A DNA stretch of 41,573 bases from Segatella copri. Its GTDB lineage: Bacteria > Bacteroidota > Bacteroidia > Bacteroidales > Bacteroidaceae. The position numbers and the translations under genes are program-made. Shown piece by piece: positions 1 through 9,310 of this stretch. The stretch covers positions 1 to 41,573 of the forward strand of contig JAJXBQ010000001.1 in NCBI GenBank assembly GCA_021640525.1. Reading direction: 5' to 3'. The notes beneath the pieces are model-generated. The model was not told where the DNA came from, ran no database searches, and saw nothing but the letters and a program-made list of their open reading frames with translations. Position 1 is the first letter of the stretch. Each line of letters opens with the position of its first letter.

Positions 1-147
1 GTAGAGTATATGACAGAATTAAGAGATAAATCCGTACTTCATGAAGCCCAGACTCACTTAGAAGCATATAAGCGAGGTGAAGAATGGGCAAAGAAGGACG
101 TATTTGATAATGTGGATGATTTAATGGCTGATTTAATGAAGGATTGA
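1..147 (+). CDS. 3' end of a small protein, RelB/DinJ-like antitoxin C-terminus (partial)
   Basis: Frame 1 is open from the window start to TGA at 145-147: VEYMTELRDKSVLHEAQTHLEAYKRGEEWAKKDVFDNVDDLMADLMKD. The ending FDNVDDLMADL resembles DinJ/RelB-type tails. Confidence 0.5.
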   Translation, partial: VEYMTELRDKSVLHEAQTHLEAYKRGEEWAKKDVFDNVDDLMADLMKD

Positions 148-175
148 AACTGATTCATTAAATAATATGATGGCT

Positions 176-209
176 AAGCCCCGACTGCCGTTCTGCAGTC
201 GGGGCTTTT
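176..209 (+). terminator. Intrinsic terminator
   Basis: 13-bp perfect stem AAGCCCCGACTGC/GCAGTCGGGGCTT, 6-nt loop, T-run. Confidence 0.85.
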
Positions 210-281
210 CGTGCCTTTTCTAAGGAGAATTTGACCTTTTTTGCTTTTCTTCCGTACTTTCTTGTATAATTGCTCAAAAGA

Positions 282-313
282 TTTGGTGGTTACGAGTTTT
301 TATTGTACTTTTG
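282..313 (+). promoter_or_regulatory. Bacteroidetes sigma70 promoter (-33/-7) for the HU-like gene
   Basis: TTTG 282-285, 20-nt spacer, TACTTTTG 306-313. Confidence 0.65.
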
Positions 314-385
314 TATGCAGTAAGGCAAGTAGGTTTAGCAGGGTATGTTTGTACAACTGAGAGCTTATAACAGCTTAACTTTGCG

Positions 386-473
386 ACTCACACCGAACGG
401 TGTGAGTGCGTGCATCGAACGAAGTAAGAGCGTGCGGCGTTCGATGTGAGCACGTGCATCGTTCGATGCACGT
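386..473. repeat. Four tandem 22-bp palindromic units
   Basis: ACTCACACCGAACGGTGTGAGT / GCGTGCATCGAACGAAGTAAGA / GCGTGCGGCGTTCGATGTGAGC / ACGTGCATCGTTCGATGCACGT. Units 1 and 4 are perfect 10-bp stems around AA or TT. Confidence 0.85.
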
Positions 474-558
474 CGGAAAGTCCAGCAACTTCAAGCTTAT
501 ATCATTAGTACTTAGCACCTTATAACATACTTGTGATAACAGCTAATAATACTAAACT

Positions 559-1227
559 ATGGCAATAAAGTATGAAATCCATTCCATCCATAACTCGAAG
601 GGCGAAGGTGGAGAACAGAAATTTGTCCGGTTGCGTGACCACGAACCGATGACCAGTAAGCAGATAGAGCAGCATATAGAGCAAGCATGTTCGCTTACCA
701 GGGGTGATGTGCAGGCTGTAATGACATCGCTGCACGATCTTATCGTGACCGAGCTCTCTCAGGGCGCCCGTTTCTATCTTCCACAAGTGGGCTATCTCTC
801 GCTGTCTGTTACAACGGAGTTGCCGGAAGGTAAATCCATGGATAAGGTGACGGGCAATAATATCCGCTTGCGTAACATCAACTTCAAGCCTACTGCCGAA
901 TTACTGAACGAGGTGGGTAGAAATGTAAGGTTCGAACGCTCTAAATACACCACGAAGTCTCGCAGATACACCGAAGAACAGTTGTGGGATAAGATTGTGG
1001 CTTTCATAAAAGAGCATGACTATATTTGCCGGCGCGATATGGAATACCATTTCTCCCTGCGCCAGCAGACAGCCTTGAAATGGTTGAAGCATTTTACCGA
1101 GAAAGGGCTTCTGGTAAAGGAGGGGGCAATAAATGCTCCTATCTATTTCCTGGCAAAAGACAATAAAGACAATAAAGGCAATGAAGACAATGGAATCTCC
1201 CTTCACACTAAACGGCTTGAACCATAG
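559..1227 (+). CDS. Bacteroidales HU-like (histone-like) DNA-binding protein with C-terminal winged-helix-like domain
   Basis: N-half IEQACSLTRGDVQAV...LPQVGYLSLSV...INFKP is the long HU-like pattern. C-half ICRRDME...TALKWLKHFTEKGLL looks like a wHTH. Confidence 0.8.
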   Translation: MAIKYEIHSIHNSKGEGGEQKFVRLRDHEPMTSKQIEQHIEQACSLTRGDVQAVMTSLHDLIVTELSQGARFYLPQVGYLSLSVTTELPEGKSMDKVTGNNIRLRNINFKPTAELLNEVGRNVRFERSKYTTKSRRYTEEQLWDKIVAFIKEHDYICRRDMEYHFSLRQQTALKWLKHFTEKGLLVKEGAINAPIYFLAKDNKDNKGNEDNGISLHTKRLEP

Positions 1228-1289
1228 ATGTTTAGCGCAGTTGTGAAAGGAGAAATGAAAATGAAATTTAAAATTAATACCTGATAAAA

Positions 1290-3125
1290 ATGAATAATTT
1301 GATCACTAAAACTTGGAAACCGCTGCTGTCGCTGCTCTTCGGCGTGGCAGTGATGCTGTTCTGGGCTGTGCCGTATATGGCAGGGCTCTGCTTTCAGGAA
1401 CAGTATCAGCTGTTTCTCTTTGATATCGGCTATTTCCTGGAGCGCATTGTGCTGCCGGGAGGATTGGCTGACTATATCAGTGAGTTTCTGGTACAGTTCT
1501 ACTATATGCCAGTATTGGGTGGTGCCTTCATCGGACTGCTCCTGATAGGCATTCAGACTGCCGTATGGGGACTGATGAAGCAATATGGAGCCAAGCATGA
1601 TTTCCCGGGCTATCTCCTGAGTTTCCTTCCAAGCATCGCCCTGTGGTGCGCTATGGGCGACCAGAACATCCTGCTTTCTTTTGTGGTTGCACTTTTCGGA
1701 GCCTTAGTAATAGGATGGATTCATAACCGATTCCACAACCGTTTGGTAAAGGTGGTGTTCGAACTGGTAAGCACGGCATTGGTTTATTGGTTCCTGGGTT
1801 CGGTAGTGTTCCTTTATGCCGCCCTGATGATAGGTGATACGCTGAAGAATGCGCAGCAGAAGGGCAACTTCCTTTCCGGAATAGGTTATTCTGCCTGCAT
1901 CCTTGTGCTTACCATAGCCTGGATTCTGCTGAGCACGCAGACTCTGCAGTATCCGATGCAACGCATCTTTGCCGGACTCAATTATTATCGCTATCCGGGT
2001 GCAGTATCTCCGTTGCCTTTTGTTGTGATGGTATGGGCTGTTGTGATTCCTTTCCTGGGGATGATTCCGTGCCGCCAGAAATCCTTGCAGAAGTTGCAGC
2101 AATCCAAAGTGGTCATAGTGTTGAGCTATGTATTGGTGATTGTGGCTTCATGGTTTGGTATCAAGGCATCTTTTGATGAAATGACCTACGACCTGATAGA
2201 TTATGATTTCCTGGTTCGCACCGAACAGTGGGATAAGATCATTGAGAAGGCTGAGAAGAAGCCGGCAACCACACCGCTCAGTGTTTCGTGTGTGAATCTT
2301 GCCTTGAGTCAGAAAGGTATGCTTGCTGACCGCCTTTTCGAGTTCTATCAGAATGGAGGCGAGGGCTTGTTCCCTACCTTTACCCGCGATATGATTTCGC
2401 CAGTATCTACTGCAGAAATCTTCTTCCGTCTGGGAATGGTGAATGATGCCGAAAGATATATGTTCGAAGCGCAGGAGGCGATACCTAATTATCGCAAGAG
2501 TGCCCGATTGACCCGCAGGATTATAGAGTGCGAAATCATCAACGGCAATTACAAGGTAGCAGCCAAGCTGCTCCGCCGACTGCAGAAGACGCTCTTCTAT
2601 AGCAACTGGGCTAACCAGACCATGGCGCTGCTGGGCAATGAGAAGGCTATCAACCGGCATCCCGTTTATGGAAAGTTGAGAAAGTATCGTGAGAAGAAGC
2701 AGGACTTCCTCTTCAGCGACCAGGAAATGGACCAGATGTTGGGCTTGCTCTTCCTGAACGATAACCATAACAGGATGGCATACGAATATCTGATGTGCTA
2801 CGAACTTCTGCAGCGTGATATGGAGAAGTTCATGCAGTATTATCCGCTGGGCAGATTCGTGGGTTATGACCATATTCCACGTTCCTTCCAGGAGATTCTC
2901 ATCGGAAACTGGATGAAGACGCATAGCGATCCACGTACCATCCCATATAGTGTGGATGCACAGAACGTGAACAATACGCTCAACTTCATTCAGCTCTATA
3001 TGCAGAATCCGAAGAATCCTCAGCTTGATCAGCAGCCGTATGTATCCAATGCCTGGCACTATGTGATGGTGCAGGGGGCTGATAAGGCTGCCGGAAAGAA
3101 GGAGGGAATGAAAGAGGTTTATTAG
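1290..3125 (+). CDS. DUF6057-like polytopic membrane protein with TPR-like C-terminal region (copy 1)
   Basis: 611 aa. FQEQYQLFLF...PGGLADYISEFLVQFYY signature, multiple TM helices, helical soluble C-half. Confidence 0.75.
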   Translation: MNNLITKTWKPLLSLLFGVAVMLFWAVPYMAGLCFQEQYQLFLFDIGYFLERIVLPGGLADYISEFLVQFYYMPVLGGAFIGLLLIGIQTAVWGLMKQYGAKHDFPGYLLSFLPSIALWCAMGDQNILLSFVVALFGALVIGWIHNRFHNRLVKVVFELVSTALVYWFLGSVVFLYAALMIGDTLKNAQQKGNFLSGIGYSACILVLTIAWILLSTQTLQYPMQRIFAGLNYYRYPGAVSPLPFVVMVWAVVIPFLGMIPCRQKSLQKLQQSKVVIVLSYVLVIVASWFGIKASFDEMTYDLIDYDFLVRTEQWDKIIEKAEKKPATTPLSVSCVNLALSQKGMLADRLFEFYQNGGEGLFPTFTRDMISPVSTAEIFFRLGMVNDAERYMFEAQEAIPNYRKSARLTRRIIECEIINGNYKVAAKLLRRLQKTLFYSNWANQTMALLGNEKAINRHPVYGKLRKYREKKQDFLFSDQEMDQMLGLLFLNDNHNRMAYEYLMCYELLQRDMEKFMQYYPLGRFVGYDHIPRSFQEILIGNWMKTHSDPRTIPYSVDAQNVNNTLNFIQLYMQNPKNPQLDQQPYVSNAWHYVMVQGADKAAGKKEGMKEVY

Positions 3126-3152
3126 AATGTAGAATGATAATACTGGAATGAT

Positions 3153-4646
3153 ATGAAAACAATCAAATATCTGTTGTGTGTCCTGTTGGTTGTGATGGGG
3201 ATGGCTACTCTCGATTCCTGTTGCTATCCTTCACCATGGAGTGAGGCAAAAGAAATCAAACAATTGCCTGAAATCTTCCCTGATTACATCGGGGTTACAG
3301 TTCCTGTCAACATCGCTCCGCTTAATTTCAATATGACGGATGACGATGTAGATGAAATGTTAGTGAGTGTGGCAGGATCGAAGACCATCGAGGAAATCTC
3401 TTCTTTCGGAAAAGAGTATGCGGACTTTGATGTAGAGGAGTGGCACGACTTCTTGAGAAAAAATAAGGGCGGAAAACTCACCGTCTCTGTGTTTGTATTG
3501 AAAAATGGTGAAAGGTTCAAGTATCAGGACTTCGATATATATGTCAGCCCATACGAGCTGAACGACTGGGGACTTACTTACCGTCGCATCGCTCCTGGTT
3601 ATGAGGTGTATGGCAAGTTGGGCATCTATCAGCGCAACTTGAGTAACTTTGAGGAAACGGCAATCCTTGAGAATACCGCAGCGCCGGGTGCCTGTCTCAA
3701 CTGTCATACGGCAAACAGAACCAATCCCGATCAGTTTACCTTCCATGTGCGTGGCGACCATGGTGCTACCTTGGTTTCTCAGAACGGAAAGCGGGAGTGG
3801 CTGAAGGCTAAGAATGATTCTCTGAAGGGTTCGATGGTTTATCCTTATTGGCATCCGTCGGGCAAGTATTGCGCCTACAGTACCAATACCACCCATCAGA
3901 GTTTCCATGCCGTGAAGGATGAGCGCATCGAAGTTTTCGACCAGGCATCGGATGTCTTTGTCTATGAACCTGCAACCCATAAACTGATATTGGATTCTCT
4001 CCTGATGACGAAAGACCATTATGAGACTTATCCGGTATTCTCGCCTGATGGCAAGACACTCTATTTCTGCTCTTCTACGGCAGAACCTATCCCAAGCGGT
4101 TACAAGGATATCAAGTATAATATCTGCAAGATAGGTTTCGATGCCGCTACGGGTAAGTTTGGCAGCCAGGTGGATACCATCTTCAATGCCCGTGAACTGG
4201 GCAAGAGTGCCACCCATCCACGTCCTTCGTATGATGGCAAGTACATCATATTTACGATGAGTGATTATGGCTGTTTCCCTATCTGGCATAAGGAAGCGGA
4301 TAACTGGTTGCTGGATTTGAAGACGGGGCAGGCGCGACCAATGACGGCTGCCAATAGCAGGAATACAGATAGCTGGCACAACTGGAGTAGGGATTCCCAT
4401 TGGTTTGTCTTTACATCCCGCCGTGGTGATGGTCTCTATACCCGTCTTTATCTTGCCTGCATCGATGACAAGGGCAATGTAAGCAAGCCGTTCCTTTTGC
4501 CTCAGCGCAATCCGAAGAAGTACTACGACGAGTTGCTGGATTCCTATAATACCCCAGATTTCACTTCGAAGCCAGTAGAGCTGGATGCCCGTGCGGCAGG
4601 AAATGAAATCATGAGTGATAAGAGGATTCCGACGAAGGTTAGATAA
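3153..4646 (+). CDS. Lipoprotein with CxxCH motif and PD40/TolB-like beta-propeller (copy 1)
   Basis: Signal peptide ending LDSC. PDYIGVTVPVNIAPLNF, CLNCH, YPYWHPSG, PVFSPDGK, WFVFTSRR repeats. Confidence 0.8.
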   Translation: MKTIKYLLCVLLVVMGMATLDSCCYPSPWSEAKEIKQLPEIFPDYIGVTVPVNIAPLNFNMTDDDVDEMLVSVAGSKTIEEISSFGKEYADFDVEEWHDFLRKNKGGKLTVSVFVLKNGERFKYQDFDIYVSPYELNDWGLTYRRIAPGYEVYGKLGIYQRNLSNFEETAILENTAAPGACLNCHTANRTNPDQFTFHVRGDHGATLVSQNGKREWLKAKNDSLKGSMVYPYWHPSGKYCAYSTNTTHQSFHAVKDERIEVFDQASDVFVYEPATHKLILDSLLMTKDHYETYPVFSPDGKTLYFCSSTAEPIPSGYKDIKYNICKIGFDAATGKFGSQVDTIFNARELGKSATHPRPSYDGKYIIFTMSDYGCFPIWHKEADNWLLDLKTGQARPMTAANSRNTDSWHNWSRDSHWFVFTSRRGDGLYTRLYLACIDDKGNVSKPFLLPQRNPKKYYDELLDSYNTPDFTSKPVELDARAAGNEIMSDKRIPTKVR

Positions 4647-4660
4647 TCCAATAAAAATAT

Positions 4661-4695
4661 AAAAAAGCCCGAGCCATTATCAGCTCGGGCTTTTT
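4661..4695. terminator. Bidirectional terminator between the convergent propeller genes
   Basis: AAAAAAGCCCGAGC-8nt-GCTCGGGCTTTTT. Confidence 0.9.
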
Positions 4696-4715
4696 GTGTT
4701 TATTGGATACTGTGT

Positions 4716-6191
4716 TTATTTAAACTTTTCTGCTTCCTGTTTCATCACATTCTCAACATCGATGGCATTGAATGGAACGGGACCACGACTCAGCTCCGGG
4801 ATGTTGAAACTCTTCAGGCAATCGTCGTAGAAGGTTGGTTCCCTCTGCGGCAAGACGAAAGGCTTGTGAGCCTTGCCATGCTCATCAAAATAGCAGAAGT
4901 AAGGCTTGCCGTAGAGTCCGTCATCGCGCTTGCTTGCAAAGACAAACCATCTGCCGGAATGCGACCAGCTGTGATAGGTATCACTTTTCCTGCTGTTTAC
5001 GATGTTGAGGCTGTCTATCTTTCCGGTCTGCAGGTCGAGCATACGGAGGTCTGCCTCTGGATGCCAGATAGGGAAGGTGCCATAGTCGGCAACGGTGAAG
5101 AGACAGTATCTGCCGTCTGGACTTATCTTGGGATGGCATACCGAGCGCTCCGTGTAGAGGGTATCTACCTTCGAACCGAATGTTCCTGTTCTATCCTCGA
5201 AAGGGATGCGGACAAGGGCATATTTCAATCCCTTCAGATTCTTTGTCTTCAGACCTTTCTTATCTGCTACGCAATAGTAGATGTATCGGCCGTTAGACGA
5301 GAAGGTTGGGAAGGTCTCGAGTTTTGTGCTGTCGCTGGTGAGCGGCGATGAGATGATGATGTTGTTGTCGAGGTCGGCAACATACACATCACTCTTCGAA
5401 TCATATACCTCCAGCCGCTTGTCGGGGTTGGCATGGAAGGCAGGGATGATGATGTTGGTAGAAAACGTGACGTATCTGCCCGAAGGGTCGAACCCGTAAT
5501 ATACGCTCGATGAAACCATGTTGGCAGTCTTCAGATTGAGTTTGCGCAGCTTGCCGTTGCGGTTGAGAATGGCTCCACCGTTTTCGCCTCTTACATATAC
5601 CATGCTGAGGTTCGGGTTCTGGTTGCCGAAGGCATGACAGTTCATGCAGCGGTTTTCCTGCAGATGATGGTCGGTGAGAATCGTCTCCTTCCAGTTCTCC
5701 ACGCATCGCTGCCTGATCTGTATCTTGTTCCATACCTCGTAGTCGGGTTCTATCAGTCGGTAGGTGAGATAGGGATCAATGCTGTCGCCTACCACCTGCC
5801 ATTTGAAGGACTTGAATGCGGTCCATTCTCCGTCATCGCTCTTGGAGTAGATCTGCACCTTCACGTTTTTGTTCACCGCCTTCTGAAGGAATGCTTTCCA
5901 GTCGTCGAGATCGAACTTCAGGTTCTGGCTGTTGCTTGTAGCGGTTAATGTGTTGTCGGCATCGTTGGCATCAGCGCCCTCGATGGTGAGAATGGTTTCG
6001 ATGTTGGTGAGGTGCTTGTCGCGAATCTCGAAATTGAGCGGGGCGATATTCACCGGAATCGTTACATCTGCATAGTCGGGATACATATTGGGGTAGTGAT
6101 CTACCTGTTCTGCATTCTCGTGAGTCTGGGCGCAGGAGACGAGCAGAATAAGGCTCGCCGCTGCACCATATAGTATATTCTGGAATTTCAT
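4716..6191 (-). CDS. Lipoprotein with CxxCH motif and PD40/TolB-like beta-propeller (copy 2)
   Basis: Lipobox LVSC. PDYADVTIPVNIAPLNF, CMNCH, DYGTFPIWHPEAD; clearly paralogous to 3153-4646. Confidence 0.8.
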   Translation of the reverse strand: MKFQNILYGAAASLILLVSCAQTHENAEQVDHYPNMYPDYADVTIPVNIAPLNFEIRDKHLTNIETILTIEGADANDADNTLTATSNSQNLKFDLDDWKAFLQKAVNKNVKVQIYSKSDDGEWTAFKSFKWQVVGDSIDPYLTYRLIEPDYEVWNKIQIRQRCVENWKETILTDHHLQENRCMNCHAFGNQNPNLSMVYVRGENGGAILNRNGKLRKLNLKTANMVSSSVYYGFDPSGRYVTFSTNIIIPAFHANPDKRLEVYDSKSDVYVADLDNNIIISSPLTSDSTKLETFPTFSSNGRYIYYCVADKKGLKTKNLKGLKYALVRIPFEDRTGTFGSKVDTLYTERSVCHPKISPDGRYCLFTVADYGTFPIWHPEADLRMLDLQTGKIDSLNIVNSRKSDTYHSWSHSGRWFVFASKRDDGLYGKPYFCYFDEHGKAHKPFVLPQREPTFYDDCLKSFNIPELSRGPVPFNAIDVENVMKQEAEKFK

Positions 6192-6232
6192 ATTTCTCTA
6201 TTTTAGAAGATGAATCGTATCAAGTATTTGCG

Positions 6233-7918
6233 CTAGTTGTTGTTCAGCTTAGGTGCCTCTGCCTTGTCGAAGTAATACCAGTAGGTATCCTTGAAGGCTG
6301 GGTTGCCTCGCTGCTCATTATACAGCTTGAATCTCTGCAATACATCCTGCCTCTTGATATACTTTGCCCATTCGGCAGGCGGAGCCTTTGTTCCTGCCAG
6401 ATAGATGGCAAGTGCCTCCTGGTATAGCTTCTCGTAAGTTACATTCTGCTGCTTGAGATAATAGGCATCGTAATCGTGCTTGAAGGTTTCCATATCCTTC
6501 AGGAGTAGGTCGCTGCAGAGCATATAGTTGACGGCGATGTTGTTGTTGGGGTTGCTTTCCATCAGTTCGCTCATGATGGTGTGGCAGTTGTCGTTCAGGC
6601 GCAGCGTATCTCGGGTGTTGAGATAGGGGCGCTTGTCGATGTATTGCTGCAGGAGGGCTTTGTCATAGGATGAAGCCTTTCTGCCAAGGGCATCAAAAGC
6701 ACGGTTGGCCCATCTGCTCCATACGAATGTCTTCTGCAGGATGCGGAGATATTTGCGGGCGGCATCATAATCGCCCTTTACCAGATTGATCTCTGCAAGG
6801 CGCTTCATCATCCGGATGTTGCGATTTTCCGGCGAACATACGTTGGCGAGCATGGCGGCACGCTCACAGAAGGTCATGTCGCCCAATATCCAATACAGTT
6901 CGTTGAGGGTCTTGATGGTGAGGGGTGGCGTGTCGGGACCCAGTGTCTCGAAGGTACCGAGGTTGTTGCTTGGGAATTTCAGCAGTACTGCGGGGAGACT
7001 GCGTCCCTGTGCAGAAATCAGGTTATAATAGAACTTCATATAGGAGTTAGGCTCCTTGTCTTTTTCTATCATATTGACCACCTTGTTGTAGTTGCCGAAG
7101 TAGTATTCGCAATCTGCAGCCAGGGTTTTCTCCAGGTCCATCTGCGGCTTAACAAACTTACCTAAGCCCGGGTAGGTATATAATGTATGGAAATCGATGA
7201 AATACAGGCGTTTGTCAAGCATGATGATGAATAGGGGGATGGCAATGGCTGCCAGACGGGTATAGTTGCCTGGCTTGTTGATATACTTGATGCAGCCTAT
7301 CAGTACGAGGGCTGCGTATATCCACATGCCACAGCCAAAGAACCAGTGGCAAACCAGCATACTGATGAAGATGCTGACTGCTGTAATCCACTGGGGTAAT
7401 CTCGTTCCGTCTATGGAAGTATGTCGCAGTGCCTGATTTTCCAGCTTCTTGATAGACATACGGGTGGAGACAAGAATCTTGGTGCTGAACCGGAAGACAT
7501 TGGCTCCACCGGCAACGGCAATGATGCTGCTGAGCCTATAGTCGTAGTGCAAACTGAAGCACACGAGCATCGTCATCACAGCGATGGCTATGGTGTATGG
7601 TATCCAGGTGCCCTTGATGTCGGCATCCTCTACGCCACATCTTACGTTGTATCCAGCCATAAGGATGGATAGGGTCAGGATGGTAGGACCGGCATATCGG
7701 TAATAATAAAACTGTGTGAGGAAGTCGCCTGTCAGGCAAGCTAGCCAACCCGGCTTGTCGAGATAGGTGGTAATATAGTCCCACGAAAACAGAAACAGTT
7801 GGTTCTGCTCCTGGTAAAAGAGATGATAGGGATAGAAGAATTGGAAAAACACAAAACTTGCTATTGCCCCCAATAAGATGAGTACGTGTACTCCGGGTTT
7901 GGTAATCAGACTGTTCAT
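6233..7918 (-). CDS. DUF6057-like polytopic membrane protein (copy 2)
   Basis: YQEQNQLFLF...PGWLACLTGDFLTQFYY; paralogous to 1290-3125. Confidence 0.75.
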   Translation of the reverse strand: MNSLITKPGVHVLILLGAIASFVFFQFFYPYHLFYQEQNQLFLFSWDYITTYLDKPGWLACLTGDFLTQFYYYRYAGPTILTLSILMAGYNVRCGVEDADIKGTWIPYTIAIAVMTMLVCFSLHYDYRLSSIIAVAGGANVFRFSTKILVSTRMSIKKLENQALRHTSIDGTRLPQWITAVSIFISMLVCHWFFGCGMWIYAALVLIGCIKYINKPGNYTRLAAIAIPLFIIMLDKRLYFIDFHTLYTYPGLGKFVKPQMDLEKTLAADCEYYFGNYNKVVNMIEKDKEPNSYMKFYYNLISAQGRSLPAVLLKFPSNNLGTFETLGPDTPPLTIKTLNELYWILGDMTFCERAAMLANVCSPENRNIRMMKRLAEINLVKGDYDAARKYLRILQKTFVWSRWANRAFDALGRKASSYDKALLQQYIDKRPYLNTRDTLRLNDNCHTIMSELMESNPNNNIAVNYMLCSDLLLKDMETFKHDYDAYYLKQQNVTYEKLYQEALAIYLAGTKAPPAEWAKYIKRQDVLQRFKLYNEQRGNPAFKDTYWYYFDKAEAPKLNNN

Positions 7919-7967
7919 TCTACTATTATTTAGACTACAAAGTTACACAAAAATATTAAGAATGAAT

Positions 7968-8012
7968 AAAAAAAAAGCAGAAAAATGACATTTTCTTATC
8001 ATTTTTCTGCTT
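7968..8012 (-). terminator. Intrinsic terminator of the Rid-family gene
   Basis: 14-bp stem AAGCAGAAAAATGA/TCATTTTTCTGCTT, with an A-run on the left (U-tail on the minus strand). Confidence 0.75.
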
Positions 8013-8077
8013 ATTCGTATATAATGTAGGTTTGATATTTCTGATATCAGAGTATTCTGATACTTTTCTTTAGAACC

Positions 8078-9130
8078 TTATTCCTTCTCAGCAATGCATT
8101 CCATTTCTATCAACCAGCCTGGTCGGCATACTTTTGCCTCCACGATGATGCGGGGTATCTGTGGATAAAACTGCTGCATCATTCTATCTACCGTATGATA
8201 ATCGGAGATGTCGCGCAGATAGATGATGAAGTATTGGATATCATTCATCGTGGCATCGCCATCTTTCAGCAGGGCGCCGATGTTCTCAAGCAGTCTGCCG
8301 GTCTGGCGCACGATGTCTCCTTCATAGACTACATCTCCATGCTTGTCGATGCTGGCAGTGCCGGAGATGAAGTATTGTTGCTTGAACTGCTGGCTTCCTT
8401 CTGGATGGAGAGTATGGGTAGGTAGCGTAAGCCGGGTTCCTCGTTCGAAGGCTACTCCATATTCATGGGTAGGATTCAGATGATCGAGTGCCTGAAGATA
8501 CTTCTTGTCCTCTTCCTTGATATGGGGGATGGTGAGGAAGTCGATGGCTACAGCTGCGTGGCGTACCGGAGTGGCACCACCGATACCCGTGCTGGCAATG
8601 TAGTGGGTGTCGGCAGTCAATCCCTCTTTGTCGAAGATGTCATTGCGGGCTTCTACTACGCCCTGATAGTTTACATCGATGTTGGTGACGTATATCCAGG
8701 TGCGAACCAGGTTGCGTTCCATGGTCATATCCGTACCTTCGATAGTCTTCAGATATTTATTGAAGAGAAAATGGGTCTGCTCGTACGAATCCTTTCCCTT
8801 TGCTTCCTCTTCTGTAAGGCGAAGACTGTGGAATAAGATAGGTGTAGTTTCATCCGTAGTCTTGATCAGCAGGCTCACCTTGCTGCCATTCAGTGGAGGC
8901 TGTTCCACGATAGTGAGGTTTGCGCCTTTCAGAAATTCCTGATAAAGGAGAGATTCTTCTAACTCTTTTATCTGGTTCTGGGAGTCGCTGAGGAATACCT
9001 TACAATATTGCAAGGTACGATTTTCCAGTTTCTCTGTATCGAGAAAGTTACCTAGTCTTAGATACAGAAAGTTAAGGCGATCATTGAATGAACCCTTAGC
9101 TTCTGGTGAAAGTATTATGTACTTGTCCAT
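8078..9130 (-). CDS. Rid/YjgF (L-PSP)-superfamily, chorismatase-like two-domain protein
   Basis: LVRTWIYV, YGVAFERGT, ISGTASID, VCRPGWLIEMECIA motifs. Confidence 0.75.
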   Translation of the reverse strand: MDKYIILSPEAKGSFNDRLNFLYLRLGNFLDTEKLENRTLQYCKVFLSDSQNQIKELEESLLYQEFLKGANLTIVEQPPLNGSKVSLLIKTTDETTPILFHSLRLTEEEAKGKDSYEQTHFLFNKYLKTIEGTDMTMERNLVRTWIYVTNIDVNYQGVVEARNDIFDKEGLTADTHYIASTGIGGATPVRHAAVAIDFLTIPHIKEEDKKYLQALDHLNPTHEYGVAFERGTRLTLPTHTLHPEGSQQFKQQYFISGTASIDKHGDVVYEGDIVRQTGRLLENIGALLKDGDATMNDIQYFIIYLRDISDYHTVDRMMQQFYPQIPRIIVEAKVCRPGWLIEMECIAEKE

Positions 9131-9310
9131 CTTGTTTTTCTTTTTTCGCCAGCAAAGGTACGGATAATATCTGAGATATAAGAATATAGACAGGATGAAA
9201 AGATAAAAATACCGAGATATGGGGATAGGAACAGGCTGGATAGAACGGAAAAGAGGGAAATAAAGGCTTGCTTTCCTTTACTTCCCCCTATCTTTTTCTT
9301 ATTTCCTGTT

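Noticed and set aside
386..473. CRISPR or tRNA interpretation of the 22-bp array
   Set aside because: Units are contiguous with no spacers, and there is no cloverleaf or T-loop motif.
1290..7918. Recent inverted duplication or invertible segment
   Set aside because: The paralogs are highly diverged, with no long DNA identity, flanking inverted repeats or recombinase seen.
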